NCBI GenBank assembly: GCA_964619365.1 | Contig: CAZUDQ010000013.1 | Location: forward strand, 1-27,078 | Length of the DNA: 27,078 nt | Reading direction: 5' to 3' | Origin: an uncultured archaeon | Lineage (GTDB): Archaea > Altiarchaeota > Altiarchaeia > JAFGQM01 | In this document: positions 17,199 to 25,994 of the stretch, piece by piece | Numbering within the stretch: the stretch's first letter is position 1 | Layout: the number at the start of each line of letters is the position of its first letter | Made by a program: the position numbers and the translations under genes | The notes under the pieces: generated by a model | Databases searched by the model: none | What the model was told of the DNA's origin: nothing | Seen by the model: only the letters and a program-made list of their open reading frames with translations

Positions 17199-17662
17199 TT
17201 TTTCTTTGACTCCTTAAGCAATGCTTTAACGTCTTTGCTAAGTTTTATACTCTGTCCTGTAGCAATCACTTCAGGGGACTTTTTGTCATGCCCCTTATAA
17301 ACATATAATTTTCCTTTTGTGTCAACAAAACCTCTTTTTATCAGGCTTGCATCAGCCCCCATGATTTCTAGATTGCCTTCTTTTTTGACGACAAGCTTTT
17401 CCTTTTCCAGTGCGCGCTTAAGTCTATCCCCTGCGATGCGAACGCCTTCCAGACATCTTCGGTTAACACAATAAGCGTTCATATCAGAATAAGCAATCAT
17501 ATTAGATGGGTTTTCCAGATACCCGTTCCAAGTAGCTTGTGTCATATCATCACGCACAAGTTCTGCCTTATCCTTCATCCGGCAGCTACTCGCAAAACCG
17601 CATTTTTCACATACGGCCTTAGGGTTCTTGGGCTTATGGATATGGTGACTTGCTTTTCTCAT
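17110..17662. repeat. 89-bp exact direct repeat (17110-17198 and 17574-17662) covering the 5' ends of paralogs 3 and 4
   Basis: Both read ttcatccggcagctactcgcaaaaccgcatttttcacatacggccttagggttcttgggcttatggatatggtgacttgcttttctcat. Confidence 0.93.
17195..17662 (-). CDS. Hypothetical basic Cys-motif protein, paralog 4 of 5
   Basis: CEKC..C..YCVNRRC..IMGADAS..GFVDTKGKLYVY..HD..S..V..TGQ. The first 30 aa are identical to paralog 3. Confidence 0.87.
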   Translation of the reverse strand: MRKASHHIHKPKNPKAVCEKCGFASSCRMKDKAELVRDDMTQATWNGYLENPSNMIAYSDMNAYCVNRRCLEGVRIAGDRLKRALEKEKLVVKKEGNLEIMGADASLIKRGFVDTKGKLYVYKGHDKKSPEVIATGQSIKLSKDVKALLKESKKK

Positions 17663-17697
17663 CGTGAGGATTGTTACTAAAATAACATCATTTAAAG

Positions 17698-18147
17698 CTA
17701 TCTAACTCGATACCTTAAAACATTGAACGGAAATTTTTTAATAGCACATTGTCCTGTTGCAATTACCTCATCATTTAGCCTGGGATTGTCAGGATATGTG
17801 AATACACTGTAGTCAGTTGCCATAAAAAAACTTCCTCGCGGGCTTTTGATATGTACCCCCTCAACTATATCTCCCCCAGATTCCCGCCTCTTGACACTAG
17901 GAACATCAGGCGAATGTAAATTTTGTCTTGCCAGTTTAAGCTCCTCTGGACTTCTAAGATTTGCGCAGTGTTTAGGGAGAGCTTCTCCACCATTACGGGA
18001 AACTTGTTTTACTATAGGGGCGCCAAGTCTCATTTTACAAGTTTTCGACGCACCACAACTTTTACAAAGGGCCTTATCATTAAAAATCCTGGGTTTTCTG
18101 ACAGGTCTACCAAGTTCAGGATGGGGATTACGTGAACCTTTTGGCAT
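17698..18147 (-). CDS. Hypothetical basic Cys-motif protein, paralog 5 of 5 (most divergent)
   Basis: KALCKSC..C..HCANLR..VEGVH..VFTY..EVIATGQ aligns with the other four. It lacks the fifth Cys and the GFVD motif is degenerate. Confidence 0.78.
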   Translation of the reverse strand: MPKGSRNPHPELGRPVRKPRIFNDKALCKSCGASKTCKMRLGAPIVKQVSRNGGEALPKHCANLRSPEELKLARQNLHSPDVPSVKRRESGGDIVEGVHIKSPRGSFFMATDYSVFTYPDNPRLNDEVIATGQCAIKKFPFNVLRYRVR

Positions 18148-18181
18148 TTTATGCTAGTTATAATGAGACTTTATATGAAAA

Positions 18182-19003
18182 TTACTTTTCGCACTTAAGC
18201 TTGCCTAGCCTTTCATGTGCCTTTTCTGAGCCGTCCCATTTTTTCTCGAAATAGTGACCAAGGGCGCGGATGAAATACGGGCTTTTTATCATGAGACCCA
18301 TTTCGGCGTGTTGACCCGGACCCTCACTATCATCGCCGTGCAGGATAAGAATCCCTTTATCATCATCGGCAAGAACAAATCGTGCTGTTGCCTCACCACC
18401 ATGGCCTATTAAGAAATCTTCAAGGGCGCCAGCAACAACTTCAGCATTTGCTTGAGTAATAGGAGCAAGAAGACGCACGTCAACCCCTCTGCATGAGGCT
18501 TTTTTGAGTTTGTCCTTATGGCGGAAGAGCTTTCTAATAATCCCTTTTTCAGTAGTTGCCGCAACAATCTTTTTGTGCGATTCGTCAACAAGCTCGTCAA
18601 TTGCGTTATAAATGTTATCCCGCCCACGGAGAATCCAAACCATTTCTTCATCAGACGCAGCCGTTGACTTTACTGAAACTAAGTTCTTTTCAAGCTCGTC
18701 GTGAATCTTTGATATCTGCTCAATCCTGGACTTAAACTCCTTTTCAGCCTTATTCTGAAGCTTAAATGCAATGCCGTCAAGACCCACAGGCTTAAACTTT
18801 GAGGGGCGCGTTGAAGTTGATATAGTAAAACCCTGTTTTTCAAGGCTGCGAAGGACTTCATAAACCTTTGCTCGCGGTATCCCAGAACTCTCTGCGACCT
18901 TACTTGCCGTACATACGCCACCTGAAACCAGGGCGAGATATGCCTTTGATTCGTAGTTGTTAAGGCCGAGCTTCTTTAGGGTACCAAGAATCTTTTCGCT
19001 CAT
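18182..19003 (-). CDS. TrmB family transcriptional regulator
   Basis: LKKLGLNNYESKAYLAL..ASKVAESSGIPRAKVYEVLRSLEKQG wHTH, coiled linker, WILRGRDNI, and RGVDVRLL / ARFVLADD PLD-like effector domain. Start placed at the ATG at 19003. Confidence 0.9.
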   Translation of the reverse strand: MSEKILGTLKKLGLNNYESKAYLALVSGGVCTASKVAESSGIPRAKVYEVLRSLEKQGFTISTSTRPSKFKPVGLDGIAFKLQNKAEKEFKSRIEQISKIHDELEKNLVSVKSTAASDEEMVWILRGRDNIYNAIDELVDESHKKIVAATTEKGIIRKLFRHKDKLKKASCRGVDVRLLAPITQANAEVVAGALEDFLIGHGGEATARFVLADDDKGILILHGDDSEGPGQHAEMGLMIKSPYFIRALGHYFEKKWDGSEKAHERLGKLKCEK

Positions 19004-19110
19004 TTCTAGTGGATACTTTATCGCTAATAGCATAAAAAGGGTTGCCACAAGAAGGGGACAAACGCCAGTATTCTTTTTATACTTTTAATTTGTAGTATCC
19101 CTGATTCCAA

Positions 19111-19449
19111 ATGAAGCGCATAAGTTTATTTGTCCTAGCAGCAATTTTCGCATTTGTTCTGATTGCAAGCGCGCAGGCTACAATATCTTATTACGGAACA
19201 GGCGGCACTAAATATTATTCTAATTATAACACGGTTTACGCTCCAAATTATCAGACATACTACGCCCCGACAAATATCCCAACGTATTATGGGGGGTACG
19301 GCGGCTATTATTACCCATCAAATTATTACAACTACGGTTATGGGTATGACTATGGTTATAATTACGGCTACTATGGTGGAGGCTATGGTGGCTACTACGG
19401 CGGATATTATCCATACTCCTCCGGGATTTATGCGAGCGTTTATTGGTAA
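19111..19449 (+). CDS. Small secreted Tyr/Gly-rich low-complexity protein
   Basis: Signal peptide MKRISLFVLAAIFAFVLIASAQA, then a mature region dominated by Y, G and N. Confidence 0.82.
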   Translation: MKRISLFVLAAIFAFVLIASAQATISYYGTGGTKYYSNYNTVYAPNYQTYYAPTNIPTYYGGYGGYYYPSNYYNYGYGYDYGYNYGYYGGGYGGYYGGYYPYSSGIYASVYW

Positions 19450-19513
19450 GTTCCCAGGATTTCTTCTAAGGACAAAGATTTTTATTTACTGAGTGACTAG
19501 TTTCAACGTTAAA

Positions 19514-20275
19514 ATGAACTATTCTTTTGCCGTTTTCTCATTACTTGCAGTCGTGCTTTTCTCTTTTAGCGCAGTTGCAGATGTTCCTTTCTACCAGCCC
19601 CACAGTATTTTAGGGCAGGTATTTTATTCAAACGGCAGTGCCGCTCCGGCAGGGACGCCCATCACAATAAAGCTTATCCGCTCGGACGGGACGGTGGATG
19701 AAATCTCAAAAGTAACTCCGACAAATCCGAGCGTGCCGGATAATGTTTTCTTTAGTGCCCTTACAGTTTCAGAATTTGGAGTCGATGTTCTTGAAATAAC
19801 TGTCGGAAAAGACTCCGAAGCCGTCACCAACACATTTGTTTTGACTCAAGACCTCACAGAACTTAATATAACTATAGATAATGAGCTAACTCTCCTTGAG
19901 GAAGAGCCCGACTGGGTAGGCTTACAAGAAAATGCAAAGGATGCTCCCGAAAAAACAGATGCGAAAACGTCTGAAAACCCTCCAAAAGACAAGCAAGAAG
20001 AGAATATACCTAGAGAGTCCCCCAAAGAAGAAACTAATGATGAAGTTCTAACAGGGGAACAAGACTCAAACTCAAGTAAAACAGAAGCCATTAACAATGA
20101 ATCATTGCAAATTGATACTGCTACAAAAGAACAGCCAGAGATTCAAAGAAACGATGAAGAAAATGACAGCTTAAACCTTATCTATATAATTATACCTGCG
20201 CTTGTAGTTCTTTTAATATTATATTTCTATTTACCTAAAAAGAAGACGAAGAAAAAGTATGCTCTTTCTGGGTGA
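19514..20275 (+). CDS. Secreted protein with N-terminal beta-sandwich-like module, acidic disordered stalk and C-terminal TM anchor
   Basis: Signal peptide MNYSFAVFSLLAVVLFSFSAVA, PHSILGQVFYSNGSAAPAGTPI module, E/D/K/S/T-rich linker, TM LIYIIIPALVVLLILYFYL plus poly-Lys. Confidence 0.8.
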   Translation: MNYSFAVFSLLAVVLFSFSAVADVPFYQPHSILGQVFYSNGSAAPAGTPITIKLIRSDGTVDEISKVTPTNPSVPDNVFFSALTVSEFGVDVLEITVGKDSEAVTNTFVLTQDLTELNITIDNELTLLEEEPDWVGLQENAKDAPEKTDAKTSENPPKDKQEENIPRESPKEETNDEVLTGEQDSNSSKTEAINNESLQIDTATKEQPEIQRNDEENDSLNLIYIIIPALVVLLILYFYLPKKKTKKKYALSG

Positions 20276-20318
20276 TTTATATGTGAACTTCCATTTAATA
20301 TAAGAATTGCAATCCAAC

Positions 20319-20963
20319 ATGAAACGAGCCATAATACCAACAGTCTTTATGCTGGCATTTTTATTGATGTTAACTCTAGGTCTTTCAACCTCTATAATCT
20401 CCTTACCAATAACACCAACTAACTCCAGTATTGAAGCTATTTTTTCAAATGCGTCCCTAGGGGATACAATATATAGGTTCGACACTAATACAAACCGTTA
20501 TAATTCGGCAACTTACATGAATTTTCCGGAAGTGGGCGATATCTGGGTTGCCGATCCCGCAAGCTTTACTACCATTGACGCAAGCTTAGGATATTTTTAC
20601 ATTCCAGCTTCTGGTACTTCATACAATGTAAATATTCTTGGAGAAGTCAATACAAGCAATGCATCAATTGAGATATTAACTGCAGGGCAAGGTGAATCTG
20701 TTGGAATGAACCTTGTTGCATGGAATAGTCCAATAAGACAATGCAATTTTAGTGAACTTGTTCCTAATGCCTCAGTAGGAGATACAATATATAGATTCAA
20801 TACAGGTACAAACCGTTATAACTCAGTCACTTACACCCATTTTACAGGTATAGGAAATATTTGGGTTGCTGACCCAGCAAATTTTGAATGTTTTGATCCT
20901 GGTGTGGGGTATATATTTACTCCTGTGGCCGCGGGTTACGTCTGGGAATATGAGCGTATTTAA
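20319..20963 (+). CDS. Secreted protein made of two ~106-aa internal repeats
   Basis: Signal peptide, then NAS(L/V)GDTIYRFxTxTNRYNSxTY...G.IWVADPA.F...D...GY at 20448 and 20766 (318-bp offset). Confidence 0.82.
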   Translation: MKRAIIPTVFMLAFLLMLTLGLSTSIISLPITPTNSSIEAIFSNASLGDTIYRFDTNTNRYNSATYMNFPEVGDIWVADPASFTTIDASLGYFYIPASGTSYNVNILGEVNTSNASIEILTAGQGESVGMNLVAWNSPIRQCNFSELVPNASVGDTIYRFNTGTNRYNSVTYTHFTGIGNIWVADPANFECFDPGVGYIFTPVAAGYVWEYERI

Positions 20964-20993
20964 ATAAGACTAATCTTAAATAATTAAACTAAA

Positions 20994-23900
20994 ATGATTC
21001 AAAGAAACTATATTTTATCTAGTTTAGTACTTTTAACTCTTTTAATGTTGACTTCCAGTATATTAGCTGATGATCCTCCTTGCTCATCTCCTTGGACACC
21101 AGGATATGTTGATGGCTTTATAACACTACCTGATGGAAGTCCCGTCCCTATGGGAACGCCCCTTAATGTCACAACAATATTTGCAGGCGGTGGAAGTTAT
21201 GTTAATAATTCACAGACACGAATTGTAGATAATTATTATAAAGTTACTCTTAGTTATTGTGGGTCATCTGATAATGTAAGCGTTACTTGTTCTTATGCTG
21301 ATGGATTTGGCTCAAATTGGACTCTTCTAACAAGTAGTACACCCAGATTAAATCTCACGATAACGGGTGTTCCCCCACTCGTAATAACCTGGGCGACAAA
21401 TAATGTCAACGTCACAACCAACGAGACGCCTTACACATTCTCTCTTACCACATCAAAGACGACAAGCAATTGTACTCTTTACCTTAACGGCACGATTCAG
21501 CCAGTAAATGACACAGAAGGCACAGAATTCAACTGGTCTGTTGCCGTCATTCATCGGAATTACACAAACTTTGACGTCCTTTGTATAGACACTTACGGCT
21601 TTATGAACTGGAGCAACAATTCTTGGCTTAATGTCGATCTTGTCGCACCAACAGTGTCATGGTCAAGTGGTAATCTGAATGCAGTCACAAACGACTCAAC
21701 GCCGACACTAAATGTAACTACAAGCGAGACTGTTTCACTTTGTAGGATAACGCTTAATGGGACGAACCGCACTATGACAGGCTCAGGCACTGCTTGGACT
21801 TATACTCCAACAAGTAACCTTAGTGACGGCAATTACACAGGCATTAAAGCTTACTGTTGGGACCTTGCAGGCAACAGAGGAAACTCAACCCCTGGCTGGA
21901 TTTATGTGGATACGCATCCGCTTTCAGTAAATTGGTCATTCCCCGAAGTAAACAGCATAATCACGACAAGCGAGGTAAACATAACTGTAAATGTAAGTGA
22001 GGATGTGGACTGGTGCAAATTAGGTGTAACCAACGCCACAGGTTGGTATATCTCATATGATATGTTGAATGCTAGCCCTACATGGTACACTAATTTCTCT
22101 AATCTTGATGAAGGCAATCACACGCTTAATGTGACCTGCAATGATGGCATCCAATCCTACCGATTAGGTCCTGCTTGGCTTGATGTCGACACAATAATCC
22201 CGCTTGTAACATGGGACACACAAACAAATGCGACCCTTATGACAGATACTTACACAGCTCAGGTGAACACACACCTTGACGTACTCTCTTGTACACTTGA
22301 TGTCAATGGAACAAGTTACAACATGACAAACACTTCAACAACGGAGTGGAGCTATGAGCTTGCGAGTGTTGCTTATAACAATTATACCTTAAGCGTATCT
22401 TGTGTTGATGACGCGGGGCATGTCGGCAATTCATCTTCCATGTGGGTGAATCTTGTACAGTGTTACTACCCATCAGGAACTGGGACAGCTGGGGATCCAT
22501 GGATTGTCAGCTGTTGTGGCGGAGAAGCCGGTGCTTCAGGTTACTACGAAGTAAATTCAAGTGCGACTCTTGAAGTGACCGACACATATTCATGTGTATA
22601 TGTCACGGCAGATGATGTGACAATCGACGGAAATGGTTCTACCATAACTGGAAACCTCTCAGATGATGTAGCTGGAGTGGTAATCTCAGGTAGGGATAAT
22701 GTAACTGTTAAGAATCTTATAGCGGTGACTCTTGAATGGGGCATCGTCGTAGAAAACGATACCAATGTCGATATTTTGAATAATTCCATAAGCAATTGTA
22801 CTTATGCACTCGGAATTGAGGACGAATCATTCATTACATACGCAGGAGCCAATAACTTCAGTAACAACTCAGTAGGGGTATATATCGAAGATTCTGACAA
22901 TAGCACGATTTTCAACAATACACTTAACAATAATTCGTATAGCCTTATTGTTTTAATGCTTACAGAAAACACAACTATTGACTCAAACCAGATAAATGGA
23001 AATGGTGTGGGGATTCTCACGATATTTGCCGCATTTAACAACATTACAAACAATACAATATGCAACAATACGGCTGGAATTTATTTAGACACATGGTCAA
23101 TGGTTTCAAACCTGAGTTATAATGTTATTGAAAACAATAGCGAAACAGGAATCTATATGTACCAAGGTGTTTCAAATTCAATATTTGAAAACAACTTTTC
23201 GGGCAACAGTCAATATGCAATAGTTCTTGAAAATGCCTCACTAAATACAATACGAGGCAATAATTTTTCAGATGAGAATGTATCTATCCTTATAAATGGT
23301 AGTTCACAGGTAAACAATATTTCAGAGAACAACATAAATGTGAGCATAACAGGGATTTTAATAAACGCATCTAACAACACAATACTCACCAATGTAATAA
23401 ACTCAAGTGATTGGGGCATTTGGATTGAAGGCAATAATAATACAGTTCTTGGCAATACCGTTACTAATTCAGATGAGGTAGGACTTTATCTAGCAGACGG
23501 TGCTGAAAACAATTCAATTGATGCAAATATATTATGTTCAAACGATGTTGACATAATGGCAGAAGTGACTGGTGAGAACTCAGGAGACAACAACACCTGT
23601 ACAGTGTATACAAACTGGGCTGATGATTCAGTGGCTTCTGGCTGCAGGTACATATGCGGCGCGACTACAGTTTCAGCCTGCCGCATACTAAACAACTCAA
23701 ATACGGTATACCAGCTAACAGCAGACATACCAAATGACGATGGCGACTGTTTCATAATAAACGAGTCAAACATCACCCTTAATTTGGCCGGGTTTACTGT
23801 TGATGGTGACAACGACACAGACGGCGCGGCAGTAAAGATAAACGCAACTGCGCCATATGCGACAGTATTTAGCGGAGTTTTGACACAGTTTAAAATTGGT

Positions 23901-25874
23901 GTTAACATAAGTGCAGCCAATGCAACAGTCTATGACCTTATAATAAATGATACTAGGGGTACTGGAATCTGGGTCCTTGCAAATAATGCTAACATCTCAA
24001 ATTCTATGATATATGATTTAGATAGGCCAGGAGTGGCGTTGAATAACACTAACTCCACAACACTTAGCGACCTCACGATATATTTATCCTCTCTTAGTGG
24101 AATTGATGCAAATATTGTAGGCGGACTTACAATAGAAGATTTGACAGTGTATAATTGTAGTGGAAACGGAATAGAAATTTCAAACGGAAACGATACGACA
24201 ATAACAAATATCTTATCAACAAACAACAGCGCTTCAGGTGTTTATATAACTGCATCGAATATCACAGCAATAAGTAACTTGATTTCAGTTGATAACTCAG
24301 AAAACGGTGTATATGTCATAAATGCTTCTGGAACGCCAAATGACACCACAATAACAGACGCTACAATAAGCAGTAACGACGACATGGGTATTAGGGTACT
24401 TGGAGCAAGTTCGACAACAATTTCAAATGTTATTGCTAACCAGAACGCGGCTGATGGTCTTTTGGTAACTTTCTCAAATACGACTACAGTTAATAACTTA
24501 ACTGCAAATTCAAACTACAGGCGTGGAATTACTGGTGGACTTGTCGTGGGTCTTAATATCAATGATTCTACATGTAATTACAACAATGGGACTGGAATGT
24601 ATTTCCAGTACATCAACTATTCAACTATTGCAAATTCGACAGCGTCATATAACAATGGGAGTGGCCTTATGATATGGACTAACGACTCTACTGTAAACAA
24701 CACGAATATAACAGTGACGGCAGTTACACTAGAATTCAATCAAGAAGACGGTGTCGGTGGCTTTGATGTGGTAAACAGCACAATGACTGATTCAGTGATG
24801 TGCTTTAACGACCAAAGTGCTGGAGCTTATTACGATGCAGCACATGACATGACTACCAGAAACCTCAATGCGACAAATAACACCTGTGATACAAGTGTCA
24901 ACTGGACTGAGGATATGCAGACATTAGGTTGCACCAATAGATGTGTTGCAGTAAACATCACAAAGACATCTACTGTGAGTAGCGTCTGCAGAGGCAGCAC
25001 TATTAACTGGAGAGTAGCCGTCTGCAACAACGGTCTTTACACAGTCAATGTAAGTTTAAATGATACGGAGCTTTCAAAAACGCATACTCTATCAAACTTA
25101 GCCGCAGATGCGTGTTCCACTTGGAGTTACACAAGTACAATGGGCTCCTCAGCTGTAATAAACAATGTGACGGCAAACGCGACAAATAATAACTCGTATT
25201 ATAACGTATTAGGCTCGGCTACAGTAAGCAGAAGAACATATAATTGCGGTGGCGGTAGTTCAGGCAGTGGTGGAAGCGGCAGTGGCAGTATGGTAATCTA
25301 CAGTCCAACTCTACCTACTGAGACATGTGGTAACGGTAACTGCGCAGGCAACGAGACTTGCCTTACTTGTCCCGAAGACTGTGGAAAGTGCGTCGCAAAG
25401 GTTATAATTGAGAATATTCCTGGCGTCGGTGAAGAGCTTGTCATGCTAATCATGGACGCAGACGGCAAGTTTGCTGAAGGTGTTGTAATACTAAACACTC
25501 CACAGGGCGAAGCAATCGAAGTCGTTCTTGTTGGAGGCAAAGCAAAGTTCACAGTGCCTGAAGCTGGTGTCTGGGAAGTGCAGTTTACAGACGAAGATGG
25601 CAATCTTATAACCGAGAAATTCTCAGTCGCACGGCAAACAGAACCTGTCGTAAAGCCTGATGAGAAGACAACGGTTGAAGACGACATAAAAAAGATTGAA
25701 GACGACATAAAAGAAATCGAAAAAGAAGCATCCGGAGATGTACTTCCGATTATCATAGTCTTAGTGGTAATTGCAGTGATTGTCGCCCTGTTCTTCCTGA
25801 TGAAATCAAAGAAGGGCGAACTTGGATCTTTTTTACCTACAAAAGCTAAGAAAAAAGGTCTAAGGGGACTTTAA
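20994..25874 (+). CDS. Large membrane-anchored cell-surface glycoprotein with Ig-like repeats and NosD/CASH-type parallel beta-helix regions
   Basis: Signal peptide, about four ~90-aa units with disulfide-like Cys pairs (e.g. CWDLAGN, CVDDAGH), two long GI.I..S.NNTI beta-helix tracts, G/S linker, CGNGNC..NETCLTCPEDCGKC motif, TM VLPIIIVLVVIAVIVALFFLM plus Lys tail, and very dense NxS/T sequons. Confidence 0.88.
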   Translation: MIQRNYILSSLVLLTLLMLTSSILADDPPCSSPWTPGYVDGFITLPDGSPVPMGTPLNVTTIFAGGGSYVNNSQTRIVDNYYKVTLSYCGSSDNVSVTCSYADGFGSNWTLLTSSTPRLNLTITGVPPLVITWATNNVNVTTNETPYTFSLTTSKTTSNCTLYLNGTIQPVNDTEGTEFNWSVAVIHRNYTNFDVLCIDTYGFMNWSNNSWLNVDLVAPTVSWSSGNLNAVTNDSTPTLNVTTSETVSLCRITLNGTNRTMTGSGTAWTYTPTSNLSDGNYTGIKAYCWDLAGNRGNSTPGWIYVDTHPLSVNWSFPEVNSIITTSEVNITVNVSEDVDWCKLGVTNATGWYISYDMLNASPTWYTNFSNLDEGNHTLNVTCNDGIQSYRLGPAWLDVDTIIPLVTWDTQTNATLMTDTYTAQVNTHLDVLSCTLDVNGTSYNMTNTSTTEWSYELASVAYNNYTLSVSCVDDAGHVGNSSSMWVNLVQCYYPSGTGTAGDPWIVSCCGGEAGASGYYEVNSSATLEVTDTYSCVYVTADDVTIDGNGSTITGNLSDDVAGVVISGRDNVTVKNLIAVTLEWGIVVENDTNVDILNNSISNCTYALGIEDESFITYAGANNFSNNSVGVYIEDSDNSTIFNNTLNNNSYSLIVLMLTENTTIDSNQINGNGVGILTIFAAFNNITNNTICNNTAGIYLDTWSMVSNLSYNVIENNSETGIYMYQGVSNSIFENNFSGNSQYAIVLENASLNTIRGNNFSDENVSILINGSSQVNNISENNINVSITGILINASNNTILTNVINSSDWGIWIEGNNNTVLGNTVTNSDEVGLYLADGAENNSIDANILCSNDVDIMAEVTGENSGDNNTCTVYTNWADDSVASGCRYICGATTVSACRILNNSNTVYQLTADIPNDDGDCFIINESNITLNLAGFTVDGDNDTDGAAVKINATAPYATVFSGVLTQFKIGVNISAANATVYDLIINDTRGTGIWVLANNANISNSMIYDLDRPGVALNNTNSTTLSDLTIYLSSLSGIDANIVGGLTIEDLTVYNCSGNGIEISNGNDTTITNILSTNNSASGVYITASNITAISNLISVDNSENGVYVINASGTPNDTTITDATISSNDDMGIRVLGASSTTISNVIANQNAADGLLVTFSNTTTVNNLTANSNYRRGITGGLVVGLNINDSTCNYNNGTGMYFQYINYSTIANSTASYNNGSGLMIWTNDSTVNNTNITVTAVTLEFNQEDGVGGFDVVNSTMTDSVMCFNDQSAGAYYDAAHDMTTRNLNATNNTCDTSVNWTEDMQTLGCTNRCVAVNITKTSTVSSVCRGSTINWRVAVCNNGLYTVNVSLNDTELSKTHTLSNLAADACSTWSYTSTMGSSAVINNVTANATNNNSYYNVLGSATVSRRTYNCGGGSSGSGGSGSGSMVIYSPTLPTETCGNGNCAGNETCLTCPEDCGKCVAKVIIENIPGVGEELVMLIMDADGKFAEGVVILNTPQGEAIEVVLVGGKAKFTVPEAGVWEVQFTDEDGNLITEKFSVARQTEPVVKPDEKTTVEDDIKKIEDDIKEIEKEASGDVLPIIIVLVVIAVIVALFFLMKSKKGELGSFLPTKAKKKGLRGL

Positions 25875-25994
25875 CTCCCCACCCATTTTTTTCTTTTATT
25901 AATTAATCTAGCATTAGCCCAAACTAAGAATTTAACTGTTTTAATACTTTCTTGGTCTAAACCTATTGGACTGAACCCAATAAATGGACTAGAA

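Noticed and set aside
17110-17662. Diversity-generating retroelement TR/VR pair
   Set aside because: The repeat is 100% identical with no adenine-specific mismatches, lies at the 5' ends of the genes, and no reverse transcriptase is present.
13605-19003. Integrated mobile element at tRNA-Arg
   Set aside because: I found no integrase or transposase and no second copy of the tRNA 3' end by eye.
25675-25712. 21-bp tandem duplication (EDDIKKIEDDIKEI)
   Set aside because: It is a short heptad duplication in a charged juxtamembrane linker, with no sign of separate function.
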